Origin: Bacillota bacterium
Lineage (GTDB): Bacteria; Bacillota; Clostridia; Lachnospirales; Lachnospiraceae
Direction: 5' to 3'
Assembly: GCA_023457255.1 (NCBI GenBank)
Contig: JAEWMB010000036.1
Location: 111,500 to 175,499, forward strand
Length of the DNA stretch: 64,000 bases
Under the pieces are notes generated by a model that had not been told where the DNA came from, made no database searches, and was given only the letters and a program-made list of their open reading frames with translations. Shown one piece after another: positions 30,942-40,806 of the stretch; position 1 is the first letter of the stretch, and the number at the start of each line of letters is the position of its first letter. The position numbers and the translations under genes were made by a program.

Positions 30942-31892
30942 ATGAGCATTAAACGAGGTCAAAAAGTACCAGGTAGCGAAAAGCCGTTAGCCTTAAGAAT
31001 TTATACCCATAGATGGTTTTACGTAATGTTTATTCCAGTATTAGTATTCATAACATTATTTAACTATTTACCAATGTACTTTATTAAGTACTCATTCTAT
31101 GATTACAAGATGGCGCAGGAACCTGTGTTTGTAGGGTTAAAACATTTTGAGAAGTTATTAAAGAAGCAAGATTTCATCCGTGCATTTGTTAATACCTTTG
31201 AGTTAAGTATCGTTAAGTTGTTGTTAAATACATTCATGGCAGTTATTATTTCTCTGTTATTGAATGAAATTAAGAATTTGAAAGCAAAGAAGGCTGTTCA
31301 GACGCTTATCTACTTACCACACTTTATGTCATGGGTAGTTACGGCATCTGTGTTCCGCTTAATTCTTTCTCCTACCAACGAAGGTCTTATTAACTCCTTC
31401 TTAGTTAACCTTGGAGTTATTAATAAAGATCAAATGATATACTTCCTGGCGGAAGAAAAATGGTGGAGGCCGGTTTATTATATAGTTAATATATGGAAAG
31501 ATACTGGTTGGGGTACTATCATCTATCTTGCAACATTATCAGGTATTAGCCCAGAACTATACGAAGCAGCACAAATCGATGGTGCAAACCGTTGGAATCA
31601 AATGCGTTTCATTACATTACCAAGCTTAGCTAATACAATCATTACTGTATTAATTCTTAACTTAGCAAAGATTATGAACCTGTTTGAATCAGTATTCGTT
31701 ATGTATAATACAGCAGTATATGCAGTTTCTGACGTTTGCCAGACATACGTTTACCGTCAGACCTTCGGTGGTGGTATACCAAACTATGGTTATACAACAG
31801 CAGTAGGTTTAATGAGATCTCTTGTAGGTTGTGTACTCGTATTAATTTGTAATTACGCAAGTAAAAAAGTCCGCGGTCGCGGTATCGTATAG
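30942..31892 (+). CDS. Carbohydrate ABC transporter permease (LplB/YteP-like)
   Basis: YLPHFMSWVV, WKDTGWGTIIYLA and EAA loop LYEAAQIDGA. Confidence 0.95.
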   Translation: MSIKRGQKVPGSEKPLALRIYTHRWFYVMFIPVLVFITLFNYLPMYFIKYSFYDYKMAQEPVFVGLKHFEKLLKKQDFIRAFVNTFELSIVKLLLNTFMAVIISLLLNEIKNLKAKKAVQTLIYLPHFMSWVVTASVFRLILSPTNEGLINSFLVNLGVINKDQMIYFLAEEKWWRPVYYIVNIWKDTGWGTIIYLATLSGISPELYEAAQIDGANRWNQMRFITLPSLANTIITVLILNLAKIMNLFESVFVMYNTAVYAVSDVCQTYVYRQTFGGGIPNYGYTTAVGLMRSLVGCVLVLICNYASKKVRGRGIV

Positions 31893-31904
31893 GAGGGGTA
31901 GACG

Positions 31905-32756
31905 ATGAATTCTAAGAAAAAAGCAAACAAAATCAAACTCTTTCCTATTTTTAATGGTTTAATCTTTCTTATCGTTTGTTTATTTATTATAGTACCATTA
32001 TGGAAGGTGTTTGTTGACTCTATTGACTTACAGACTAGCTATGGTATGAGATTATGGCCAAAGGACTTTGGTTTGACTGGTTATAAGGTTATCTTAACTT
32101 ATGAATCCTTATACAAACCATTCTTAATCTCCTGTATTACAACAATTGCCGGTACTTTCCTTGGTTTAACACTTTCTACTTTAGGTGCTTATGTATTAAT
32201 CCAATATGAAATGCCAGGCAGAAACTTATTCTCTTTCCTTTTATTATTCACCATGATCTTTAGTGGTGGTATGGTACCTTCCTTCTTAGTTATGTCTAAA
32301 TTAGGTTTAATTGATACATTATTTGCAGTTATCTTACCGCTTGGTATCAACGTTTATAACCTTGTATTAATGCGTAACTTCTTTGAAGGTATTCCAAGAG
32401 GATTGTTTGAAGCAGCATCCATTGACGGATGTTCTCCAATGGGTATTTTCTTTAAGATTGTACTTCCGCTTTCCAAAGCAGCACTTGCCTCCATCGGTTT
32501 GATGTTCTCTGTTGCTTTCTGGAATGACTATACAAACTTTAAAATTTACATTCAGAAGAGTAGTTTATATAACTTCCAGCAGAAATTACGTAACTTAATC
32601 ATGGACGGTGATACACCAAATACATCCGAGAATATTCCTCAGAACACAATGTTTAGTGCAGCCGTTATGGTAGCGATTTTACCTTTCATTATTATCTATC
32701 CTTTCTGCCAGAAGTACTTCGTAAAGGGTGTTAATATTGGTGCGATCAAAGAGTAA
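31905..32756 (+). CDS. Carbohydrate ABC transporter permease (LplC/YtcP-like)
   Basis: FSGGMVP, EAASIDG and YPFCQKYFVKGV motifs. Confidence 0.95.
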   Translation: MNSKKKANKIKLFPIFNGLIFLIVCLFIIVPLWKVFVDSIDLQTSYGMRLWPKDFGLTGYKVILTYESLYKPFLISCITTIAGTFLGLTLSTLGAYVLIQYEMPGRNLFSFLLLFTMIFSGGMVPSFLVMSKLGLIDTLFAVILPLGINVYNLVLMRNFFEGIPRGLFEAASIDGCSPMGIFFKIVLPLSKAALASIGLMFSVAFWNDYTNFKIYIQKSSLYNFQQKLRNLIMDGDTPNTSENIPQNTMFSAAVMVAILPFIIIYPFCQKYFVKGVNIGAIKE

Positions 32757-32785
32757 TGACATTTTATAGATTTCATAGGAAAGAT

Positions 32786-32874
32786 AAAAGCTGTTGCTGA
32801 AAGAATCAGGCGACAAGGAACCTAACCATTTGGGTTAGAGTTCCTTTCCGGGGTTCTTAAGCAGTGGCTTTTTT
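32786..32874 (+). terminator. Long imperfect hairpin terminator after the ABC operon
   Basis: AAAGCTGTTGCT...AAGGAAC-CTAACC/GGTTAG-GTTCCTT...AGCAGTGGCTTT plus T run. Confidence 0.75.
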
Positions 32875-32959
32875 ACATGTTTCATGTCTTTTTAATATTG
32901 TAAAATAATTTAGATAATGATATGATAAATTACATAAAAACTGCATAGGAGGGCTGACA

Positions 32960-33766
32960 ATGAATAAAGTATATACCTGTTTTCCCGGTGGAAAGCATAA
33001 AGTATTAACCATGAGTTATGATGACGGGAAGCAGGAGGATAGGAGATTATTAGCTATCTTTCGGCAATATGGAATAAAAGGGACGTTTCATCTTAATTTT
33101 GGACTGATGGATCAGCCGGAGCGCATTAATAAAGAAGAAATCAAGGAACTATACCAGGGACATGAAGTATCCGCACATACCTTTACCCATCCAACGATTT
33201 CTAGATGCCCCTCTTCTATGATTATCGAGCAGATATACGAGGATCGTAAGGGGCTTGAAAGTTTGGTGGAGTATCCGGTAAGAGGATTATCCTATCCCAA
33301 TGGATCTTATGATAAACGAATTAAAGACTTATTGCCTGGACTTGGTATTAAGTATTCAAGAATTGTTGGAAATAGTGATGACTTTAATTTACCAACTGAT
33401 TTTTATGAATGGAAGGCGACCTGCCATCATAATCATAATCTGCTAAAGCTTGGGGAAGAATTTATAAGCCTTACAAAGAAACAATACTTGTATATGATGT
33501 ATGTCTGGGGGCATAGCTATGAGTTTACCAATCATAATAACTGGGAAGTCATAGAGGAATTTTGTAAACTAGTCTCGCATCGTGATGATATCTGGTATGC
33601 GACCAATATTGAGATTGTAGATTACTTAGAAGCAGCAGAAAGGCTCCAATTTACGGCAAAAGGAAATCTTGCCTTTAACCCGTCTGCCGCCTCGATTTGG
33701 TTATCTGTCAATGATGCCGCAGCAGTTGAAGTAAAAGCCGATGAAACGGTAAAATTGTGGGAGTAG
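32960..33766 (+). CDS. Polysaccharide deacetylase family protein (CE4/NodB-like)
   Basis: TMSYDDG, GHEVSAHTFTHP, SYPNG and WGHSYE motifs. Confidence 0.9.
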   Translation: MNKVYTCFPGGKHKVLTMSYDDGKQEDRRLLAIFRQYGIKGTFHLNFGLMDQPERINKEEIKELYQGHEVSAHTFTHPTISRCPSSMIIEQIYEDRKGLESLVEYPVRGLSYPNGSYDKRIKDLLPGLGIKYSRIVGNSDDFNLPTDFYEWKATCHHNHNLLKLGEEFISLTKKQYLYMMYVWGHSYEFTNHNNWEVIEEFCKLVSHRDDIWYATNIEIVDYLEAAERLQFTAKGNLAFNPSAASIWLSVNDAAAVEVKADETVKLWE

Positions 33767-33844
33767 GGTTGTAAAGTGGCATAGTTCTACTTTAATTATA
33801 AAATATGATTATGAAAGGTGTTTAACGCCGGAATTGAGGTTAAT

Positions 33845-34690
33845 ATGTTAAGACTTGGAATACGTGGTCATGATATGGAGAAAGCTTCTTTTGAAAATTT
33901 AGTAGAGAATATTGCGAACAAAGGGTTTTGCTGCACTCAGCTTGCGCTGAAGAAAGCAATTGATTCCTTTAATGTAAGCAGGGAAGCAATGACATCAGGT
34001 ATGGCCCTATATATGAAAGAAGTTTTTGAAGAGAATCATGTACAAGTAGCAGTATTAGGATGCTATTTAAATTTAGGGCATCCGGAGGAGGCAGTATTAC
34101 GTGAAATTCAGAAAAGCTACGAGGCTCATATTCGTTTTGCCTCTTTGCTAGGTTGTGGTATGGTTGGGACAGAGACCGGAGCAGTAAATAAAGAATATTC
34201 CTATGAGCCTGCAAATCACTCGGAGGAGGCTTTAGATATCTTTATTAAGAACTTACGGCCTGTAGTAGAATATGCTGAAAAAATGGGCGTTATAGTTGGA
34301 ATAGAGCCTGTTTATAAACATATTATGAGTGATATTAAGAGAACGAGAAAGGTGTTGGATGCGGTTAATTCACCGAATCTTCGTGTCATCTTCGATGCTG
34401 TGAATATAATGTCGATGGAAAATTACAAGAACCAAGACGAGCTTATCCGGGAAGCATTTGAATTAATCGGTGAAGAAATTGATGTTCTCCATATTAAAGA
34501 TTTTATAGTCAAGGATGAAAATATTGTATCGAGGCCTCTTGCGGTTGGGCAAGGTCTATTAAATCTGCCGCTGCTTATGAAACTTGCAAAAGAAAAGAAG
34601 CCTATGATCCATATGCTGTTGGAGGATTCTGTTCCCGAGAATGCACTTGCCTCTGCAGTATATATCAGAAAATGTTATGAAGAGGCATAA
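33845..34690 (+). CDS. Sugar phosphate isomerase/epimerase (xylose isomerase-like TIM barrel)
   Basis: GIRGHD, VGTETG, GIEPV, IFDAVN and HIKD motifs. Confidence 0.88.
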   Translation: MLRLGIRGHDMEKASFENLVENIANKGFCCTQLALKKAIDSFNVSREAMTSGMALYMKEVFEENHVQVAVLGCYLNLGHPEEAVLREIQKSYEAHIRFASLLGCGMVGTETGAVNKEYSYEPANHSEEALDIFIKNLRPVVEYAEKMGVIVGIEPVYKHIMSDIKRTRKVLDAVNSPNLRVIFDAVNIMSMENYKNQDELIREAFELIGEEIDVLHIKDFIVKDENIVSRPLAVGQGLLNLPLLMKLAKEKKPMIHMLLEDSVPENALASAVYIRKCYEEA

Positions 34691-34713
34691 GTATACTTAA
34701 CTAAGTAGTTAAG

Positions 34714-34816
34714 AAAAAGGACTGGCACAAAAGAAAGCACAGACCAGAATTGTAGGCAACAGCTTTGTTACCATACGATACCTGGTATCTGTTTTCTTTT
34801 GGGGCAGTCCTTTTTT
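34714..34816. terminator. ~100-nt hairpin, bidirectional terminator between the epimerase and dinB
   Basis: AAAAAGGACTG...CAGTCCTTTTTT with pairing continuing through most of the element. Confidence 0.8.
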
Positions 34817-34873
34817 GAGGAAGATGATAATAAACTTAACCTTTTTATTTTTTCGAATGGTACTGTCATCTTT

Positions 34874-36115
34874 TTAATTTTTGCCTACTTTATGATTACA
34901 GATGGTATCTTCTTTTAAAAAACTTGCTCTTTTTACTGCATCAATTCCATATTTATTACGGATAGAGTCAATGGCAGAATCCAACTTTTTTAATTTTTCC
35001 GATTGCTTATTTTCAAAAAGGCTGAGTTGTGAGAAATGGGTATCGTCTAGTTTCGTGGTTCGAATACCTAATAGTCGAATAGGAGAGTTGTCCCAAAACT
35101 CATCAAATAAATGACAGGCAGCCTCATAGATAGCTGTTGTCGTATTGGTTTGCTGAGGTAAGATGGTTTGATGTGTACAGGTTTTAAAATTGGTATATTT
35201 AATTTCAACCGTAATACAGCTGCAGAAGACATTTGAGGCTCGTAATCTTGCTCCAACGGTTTCACTTAATGCAAGCAGGACTTGTTTTGCCGTAGCGGTA
35301 TCAAGGACGTCCTGTCCTAGGGTTATACTGTTTCCACAGCCTTTTGCCCTTGTGTCGGTATCTTCTATCGGTTCTTCATCAAGGCCATTCGCATAATCGT
35401 GAACTAGGGCACTGTATTTGGTTCCCAGATGCGTTTTTAGGATAGCTGCATCGGTATGTGCTAAATCATAGATGGTGTGAATCCCCAGGATATTAAATTT
35501 GGCTTTTGCAGATTTTCCTACAAAAAATAATTCTTCTACGGGAAGCGGCCACATCTTCTCCGGTATTTCAGAGGGAAATAACGAGTGGCAAAGATTCGGT
35601 TTCTTAAAATCAGAAGCCATCTTTGCAAGAAGTTTGTTGGTAGAAACACCAATGTTTACAGTAAAACCCAAGTCCTTAAAGACCCTCTCTCGTATCTGAT
35701 TTGCAATCTCCATAGGAGAACCGAACAGATGATAAGTATCCGTCATATCAAGAAAGGCTTCATCAATGCTGAATTGGTTCAGGGAAGGTGTATATTCCGA
35801 TAAGAGTTTTATTAATCGTTCGGAATAGCTTGTATATACTTCAAAGTTCGGAGGGACAACCATTAAAGAGGGGCATTTTTGAAGTGCATGCGTTAGCGGT
35901 TCCCCTGTTATAATGCCATATGATTTTGCTTTCGTGGATTTGGCTAAAACAATACCGTGCCTGTTTTGTTTGTCGCCGCCTACTGCAGAAGGAATGGTAC
36001 GTAAGTCAAGTGCCTTGGAATTAGATGTTAAACGATGCACGGATTCCCAGCTTAGGAAGGCACTATTCACATCCACATGAAAAATTAGCCGATTTTTTTT
36101 CATCATATCTCTCAT
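34874..36115 (-). CDS. dinB: DNA polymerase IV
   Basis: FHVDVNSAF, SIDEAFLD and NKLLAKMASDFKKP motifs. Confidence 0.96.
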   Translation of the reverse strand: MRDMMKKNRLIFHVDVNSAFLSWESVHRLTSNSKALDLRTIPSAVGGDKQNRHGIVLAKSTKAKSYGIITGEPLTHALQKCPSLMVVPPNFEVYTSYSERLIKLLSEYTPSLNQFSIDEAFLDMTDTYHLFGSPMEIANQIRERVFKDLGFTVNIGVSTNKLLAKMASDFKKPNLCHSLFPSEIPEKMWPLPVEELFFVGKSAKAKFNILGIHTIYDLAHTDAAILKTHLGTKYSALVHDYANGLDEEPIEDTDTRAKGCGNSITLGQDVLDTATAKQVLLALSETVGARLRASNVFCSCITVEIKYTNFKTCTHQTILPQQTNTTTAIYEAACHLFDEFWDNSPIRLLGIRTTKLDDTHFSQLSLFENKQSEKLKKLDSAIDSIRNKYGIDAVKRASFLKEDTICNHKVGKN

Positions 36116-36269
36116 TTCCTTATAATAAATGCAATTGTTAATAATAGAACTAATAAAACACAGGCTTGCTTTTTCTCCTCATCCTGGTTCGTAAAATACC
36201 TCTTGATAAAAGGTGGGTTTTTGCACCGTTAATCGGATTATGGAAATATCATTTAGCTTCCATAATATT

Positions 36270-36298
36270 ATTATAGGAAACATCAGTTCGAATGTAAA
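36270..36298 (-). promoter_or_regulatory. dinB sigma-A promoter with a LexA (SOS) box in the spacer
   Basis: TTTACA-N17-TATAAT; CGAACTGATGTTTC at 36290-36277 fits the Firmicute GAAC-N4-GTTY box. Confidence 0.75.
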
Positions 36299-36320
36299 GA
36301 GGGGATTTTTGTCTCATTTT

Positions 36321-36581
36321 CTATACACCGCATTTTTTAAAGCATTCGGCGGTATCAATATCAACTAAAATGACGTCAGGACCTACCTGACAAATGCATC
36401 CCCAAGGTATGATATATTCATGGTCTCTTCCTAGAAGGCCCCATATTTTTGGCGGCCCTGGAACTATGAGAGCTTCGATGCATCCCGTGACGGCATCAAA
36501 AATAATGTCACAGACAAAGCCTAATCGCTGACAATCTCTACAGTTAATGACTTCTTTATTTCGCATTTCGAATAATCGCAT
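36321..36581 (-). CDS. YlmC/YmxH family sporulation protein (PRC barrel)
   Basis: KEVIN...RLG...IIPW..I..VGPDVILV; GGGAGG RBS before ATG 36581. Confidence 0.93.
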   Translation of the reverse strand: MRLFEMRNKEVINCRDCQRLGFVCDIIFDAVTGCIEALIVPGPPKIWGLLGRDHEYIIPWGCICQVGPDVILVDIDTAECFKKCGV

Positions 36582-36606
36582 AAGACAGATCCTCCCGTTT
36601 TTTACT

Positions 36607-36634
36607 ATCATATGAAGGAAATATAAAAACATGA
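36607..36634 (-). promoter_or_regulatory. SigE-type sporulation promoter of the ylmC homolog
   Basis: TCATGTT-N13-CATATGAT on the minus strand. Confidence 0.6.
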
Positions 36635-36646
36635 GTAACTATATGC

Positions 36647-36675
36647 TTGACCTATGGGATTTTATTCAATATAAT
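36647..36675 (+). promoter_or_regulatory. Sigma-A promoter of nrdR
   Basis: TTGACC-N17-TATAAT. Confidence 0.75.
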
Positions 36676-36731
36676 GAAAGCAGTGATTACGGATAGCGTG
36701 TGCGGGTTAATATAATAGTGGGAGGTACCGT

Positions 36732-37193
36732 ATGAAGTGTCCATTTTGTGGAAGAGAAAATACAAGAGTAATTGACTCAAGACCGGCGGATGATTGCAGT
36801 TCCATACGACGCAGAAGACAGTGTGATGAATGTTCCAAACGTTTTACTACTTACGAAAAAGTAGAGACGATACCTTTGGTAGTAATTAAGAAGGATAATA
36901 ATCGTGAGTCTTACGATCGATCCAAAATTGAAGCAGGTGTGTTTCGTTCCTGCCATAAGCGGCCAATTTCCGTAGATCAGATTAACGCACTCGTGGATGA
37001 AGTGGAAAATGCTATTTTTAATTTGGAAGAAAAAGAAGTTCCAAGTTATAAAATCGGTGAGATTTTGATGGATAAGTTAAAGAACGTAGATGCAGTTGCT
37101 TATGTTCGTTTTGCTTCCGTTTATCGTGAATTTAAGGATGTCAATACTTTTATGAACGAATTAAAGAAAATACTTGATCATGAACACGTTTAG
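36732..37193 (+). CDS. nrdR: Transcriptional repressor NrdR
   Basis: MKCPFC, IRRRRQC, RFTTYE and VAYVRFASVY motifs. Confidence 0.98.
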   Translation: MKCPFCGRENTRVIDSRPADDCSSIRRRRQCDECSKRFTTYEKVETIPLVVIKKDNNRESYDRSKIEAGVFRSCHKRPISVDQINALVDEVENAIFNLEEKEVPSYKIGEILMDKLKNVDAVAYVRFASVYREFKDVNTFMNELKKILDHEHV

Positions 37194-37209
37194 CAGGTAA
37201 TAAGCTTAG

Positions 37210-37245
37210 AACCTCCAAGTGGATAGAACCATATGGAGGTTTTTT
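37210..37245 (+). terminator. Terminator after nrdR
   Basis: AACCTCCA/TGGAGGTT stem plus T run. Confidence 0.8.
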
Positions 37246-37301
37246 AGGTGAAGTATTCTAAGGCAGGGGATAGGAGAAAGTTTCTATTTATTAGAAATTT
37301 G

Positions 37302-37330
37302 TTGTCACAAACATCCTGGTCTGATATAAT
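37302..37330 (+). promoter_or_regulatory. Extended -10 sigma-A promoter of comM-dprA
   Basis: TTGTCA-N17-TATAAT with TG upstream of the -10. Confidence 0.7.
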
Positions 37331-37403
37331 GCAAATAGGTAATTGCTTACAAGCAATTTACCATCAAGCAATTGCTTTCCTTGGAGAGAGGAAAGGATTT
37401 GAT

Positions 37404-38942
37404 ATGTTTAGTAAATCTTTTAGCGCTGCGATTGATGGCATAGAGGCATTTATCGTGAATGTGGAAGCGGATGTCAGTGATGGGCTTCCAAGCTTTGATT
37501 TGGTTGGTTTTTTAGGCTCAGAGGTAAAAGAAGCGAAGGAAAGGGTAAAGACAGCAATTCGAAATTCTGCTTATTCCCTGCCGCCAAAGCGTATTACCAT
37601 CAATTTATCACCAGCAGATGTTAAGAAGGAAGGTACTGCCTTCGATTTAGCAATTGCTGTCGCAATTCTAACCGCATCAGGTTATATTCCCAATGATTAC
37701 TTGGAACAAACATTATTTATAGGAGAGCTCAGTCTAGATGGAAAGATTCAGCGTGTAAATGGTATCCTTCCTTTTATTTGTGCTGCACAAAAACAGGGCT
37801 TCAAACGCTGCATCGTACCAAAGGATAATGCAAGAGAAGCTGCAGTCGTCGGTGATCTTGAGATTATAGGCATCGACAGCCTTAGCCAGACAATGGAATA
37901 CCTATCTGGCCTTCTCATTATGAATCCGGAGTTTGTTGATGTTGCAGCTTTATTTTTACGGCAGAAGGAAAGAAATACGATGGATTTTTCTGATATCGTC
38001 GGGCAGATAGCAGCGAAAAGAGCAATTGAGGTTTCGGTTGCCGGTCAGCATAATATTATGCTGATTGGTACTCCCGGTTCCGGAAAAACCATGCTTGCCA
38101 AAAGAATTCCATCGATTATGCCGGAGTTATGTTTTGAAGAAAGCCTTGAAATATCTAAGATTTATAGCGTATCCGGGCAGCTTGACAGTAATCGTGTTTT
38201 GATATTAGAAAGACCATATCGCTCGCCTCATCACACAATCACTCAGACCGCACTTATTGGAGGTGGACGGTGTCCAAGGCCCGGAGAAATTAGTTTGGCA
38301 GCTCATGGAGTGTTATTTTTAGATGAGTTAACAGAGTTTGATAATCGAACCTTAGAAGTGTTAAGACAACCGCTGGAGGAGAAAGTAGTAACGATATCAA
38401 GACTTCATGCTACTTACACTTATCCTGCAAACTTTATGCTGGTTGCAGCTCTTAATCCCTGCAAATGCGGCTATTATCCGGACCGTAGTAAGTGCAATTG
38501 CTCCATGCGGCAAATTAAACAATATATTGGTAAGATTTCCAGACCGCTGCTGGACCGAATTGATATTTGTGTTGAAACAATGCCAATCGCATACAAAGAA
38601 TTAACTTATGGTAAGGGAAAGGAGTCCTCTTCGGTTATCAGAGAACGGATAAAGGCGGCAAGAAAACGCCAATTAGACCGTTATCAAAAAAGCGGCAAGT
38701 ATTTTAATTCTCAGTTATCACCTTCGGAGGTTAAGAAATATTGTTCCCTTGGAGATAAGGAGCAAAAGATTTTAGAACAAGCATTTACTTCTATGAACTT
38801 AAGTGCAAGAGCCTATCATCGTATCTTAAAAGTTGCCCGTACTATAGCGGATTTAGAGGGAAAGGAAATGATTGAAAAGCACCATCTAATAGAAGCAATC
38901 GGTTATCGGGGACTGGATAGAAAGTATTGGGGGGAAGTATAG
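37404..38942 (+). CDS. comM: YifB/ComM family Mg-chelatase-like AAA+ ATPase
   Basis: INLSPAD, GTPGSGKT, PGEISLA, LFLDE, NPCKCG and LSARAYHRILKVARTIADL motifs. Confidence 0.93.
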   Translation: MFSKSFSAAIDGIEAFIVNVEADVSDGLPSFDLVGFLGSEVKEAKERVKTAIRNSAYSLPPKRITINLSPADVKKEGTAFDLAIAVAILTASGYIPNDYLEQTLFIGELSLDGKIQRVNGILPFICAAQKQGFKRCIVPKDNAREAAVVGDLEIIGIDSLSQTMEYLSGLLIMNPEFVDVAALFLRQKERNTMDFSDIVGQIAAKRAIEVSVAGQHNIMLIGTPGSGKTMLAKRIPSIMPELCFEESLEISKIYSVSGQLDSNRVLILERPYRSPHHTITQTALIGGGRCPRPGEISLAAHGVLFLDELTEFDNRTLEVLRQPLEEKVVTISRLHATYTYPANFMLVAALNPCKCGYYPDRSKCNCSMRQIKQYIGKISRPLLDRIDICVETMPIAYKELTYGKGKESSSVIRERIKAARKRQLDRYQKSGKYFNSQLSPSEVKKYCSLGDKEQKILEQAFTSMNLSARAYHRILKVARTIADLEGKEMIEKHHLIEAIGYRGLDRKYWGEV

Positions 38943-40052
38943 ATGGAGAGGGAAGAAAAGAAACGATTGCTGTGGTATTGGATATCAAAAAAGGAAGGGA
39001 TCGGACATAAGACGATTGTTATGTTATTAGACGCCTTTCATTCGGTAGAAGGAGTTTTTAAAGCAACACAAGAGGAGTTAATAAAACTTAACTTAAAGGA
39101 AGAAGTAATTGCTTATCTGATTAAAAAATATTCCATCGAAGAATTAGAAAATGAATACGATCATATGAAAAAGCGAGGGATTCATTTCATCAGTATAGAA
39201 GATAAAGAGTATCCTGAAAAATTGAAAAAACTTTATGATGCACCTTGGTTTCTCTATTATCGCGGAGAGCTGCCGAAAGTCAGCATGCCTTCCATCGCTG
39301 TTATTGGAGCCAGAACTTGCAGTGCTTATGGCAGTGATGCTGCTTATTATTTTTCCAGAGAGTTAAGTAAACTTGGGATACAGATTATCAGCGGACTTGC
39401 AAGGGGGGTGGATGGTATGGCTCATAAGGGTGCATTAAGCTGTGGTGGTAAAACCTATGGTGTAATCGGTAATGGGCTTGATTTATGTTATCCCAGGGAA
39501 AATTATGGGCTGTATCAGGAAGTTAATTTACATGGTGGAATTCTTTCGGAATATCCAATGGGTTCTAAGGCGTTACCGTATCATTTTCCCTTAAGAAATC
39601 GAATAATAGCTGCACTTTCCGACGGGATATTAGTGGTGGAGGCTAGAGAAAAGAGCGGTACTTTGATAACGGTAGACAGTGGATTAGAGCAAGGAAAGGA
39701 TATCTTTGCGCTGCCCGGAAAGCTTACCGACGAGTTATCAAAAGGCTGTAACTTATTAATTCAAAACGGAGCCAAGCTAGTATTAGGTCCCGAGGATATT
39801 CTAGTGGAGCTTAGAAATCAATATCCTTCTTTGTTAGGTGTTAAAACCAATGCAATCACATCAAAAAAAGAAGATTTAACCGAGATGGAGCAAAGGGTCT
39901 ACTCTTTGTTATCGTATCAGGCTATTCATGTTGAAGAGTTGTTGGTGAAAACAAATTTAAATCAAGGACAGTTACTAGAGGCTTTGTTTGAATTGGAGAG
40001 CAAACAGTATGTGAAAATGGTTACCGGGCAGCAGTATATAAGGACGTTGTAG
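38943..40052 (+). CDS. dprA: DNA processing protein DprA
   Basis: ISGLARGVD, FPLRNRIIAALS, SGTLIT motifs and a C-terminal winged helix. Confidence 0.96.
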   Translation: MEREEKKRLLWYWISKKEGIGHKTIVMLLDAFHSVEGVFKATQEELIKLNLKEEVIAYLIKKYSIEELENEYDHMKKRGIHFISIEDKEYPEKLKKLYDAPWFLYYRGELPKVSMPSIAVIGARTCSAYGSDAAYYFSRELSKLGIQIISGLARGVDGMAHKGALSCGGKTYGVIGNGLDLCYPRENYGLYQEVNLHGGILSEYPMGSKALPYHFPLRNRIIAALSDGILVVEAREKSGTLITVDSGLEQGKDIFALPGKLTDELSKGCNLLIQNGAKLVLGPEDILVELRNQYPSLLGVKTNAITSKKEDLTEMEQRVYSLLSYQAIHVEELLVKTNLNQGQLLEALFELESKQYVKMVTGQQYIRTL

Positions 40053-40317
40053 AAAATGGTTTTAGAAGCTTTGGTTATCTTTGGTCTAATATATTTGAAT
40101 CCATAAGCCGATAAGCAACCATTTTTATGGTAAGGTGATTTGTGCTGAGTGCAGGAATATTTGTCAAAGAAAAGATAAAAAACGGCAGTGTGTGAGAACG
40201 ACTCAAAGCAGATGATTTGAATTAACGAAGGAAGGGATTATTTTAATTTTCTATTTACATTTTCGATAAAAATTGTAGAATAATAAGAAAATATGATATT
40301 TAAGGAAGATTAAACCA

Positions 40318-40806
40318 TGAAAAAAATAAAATCAAGTTATCATCTGTCTTACTAGGAGTTTTAATTTATATTATAATTACCTGTTTTATTAGGATTTTAT
40401 TTTAATTGTATTAATAGCCTTTTACAAATTCTTTGTACAGCTTTGAGGAGAAATTTGTGGAAATAGAAAAACTTGGAGGTAAATATGGAGGAAAGTCTAT
40501 TTTTTGAAGGTTTAACAAAAGAATTACAAATAGCAGGAGTGATGGCATAGTTATTGGAATTGTTATGCGAATCTAACAGATGCCGAGGAAATGGGGTACA
40601 CTGGTAAACTCTACGAAAAAAATGAAATCACTATATCGGGAGTCACCAAGGAGATTAATGTTAACTATTTTGCATATTGTAAGAGTAATCCGGAAATGGC
40701 GGATGCAGATTGGTTTTTATCAGCAGAAGCATACCATAGGTCTTTAGATTTAACTTTTCGTGGGGGAACAGGAAAGAAGTGGCTTGCCACTTCTTGTTAT
40801 TTGTAG
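40318..40806 (+). pseudogene. Decayed unidentified gene between dprA and topA
   Basis: Promoter-like TTTACA..TAGAAT at 40254-40281 and AAGGA RBS; ATG 40318 with a hydrophobic leader in a shifted frame; residual ORF 40591-40806. Confidence 0.3.

Noticed and set aside
29169..32756. ABC transporter lacking an ATPase gene
   Set aside because: Firmicute sugar ABC systems commonly share an MsmK/MsmX-type ATPase encoded elsewhere
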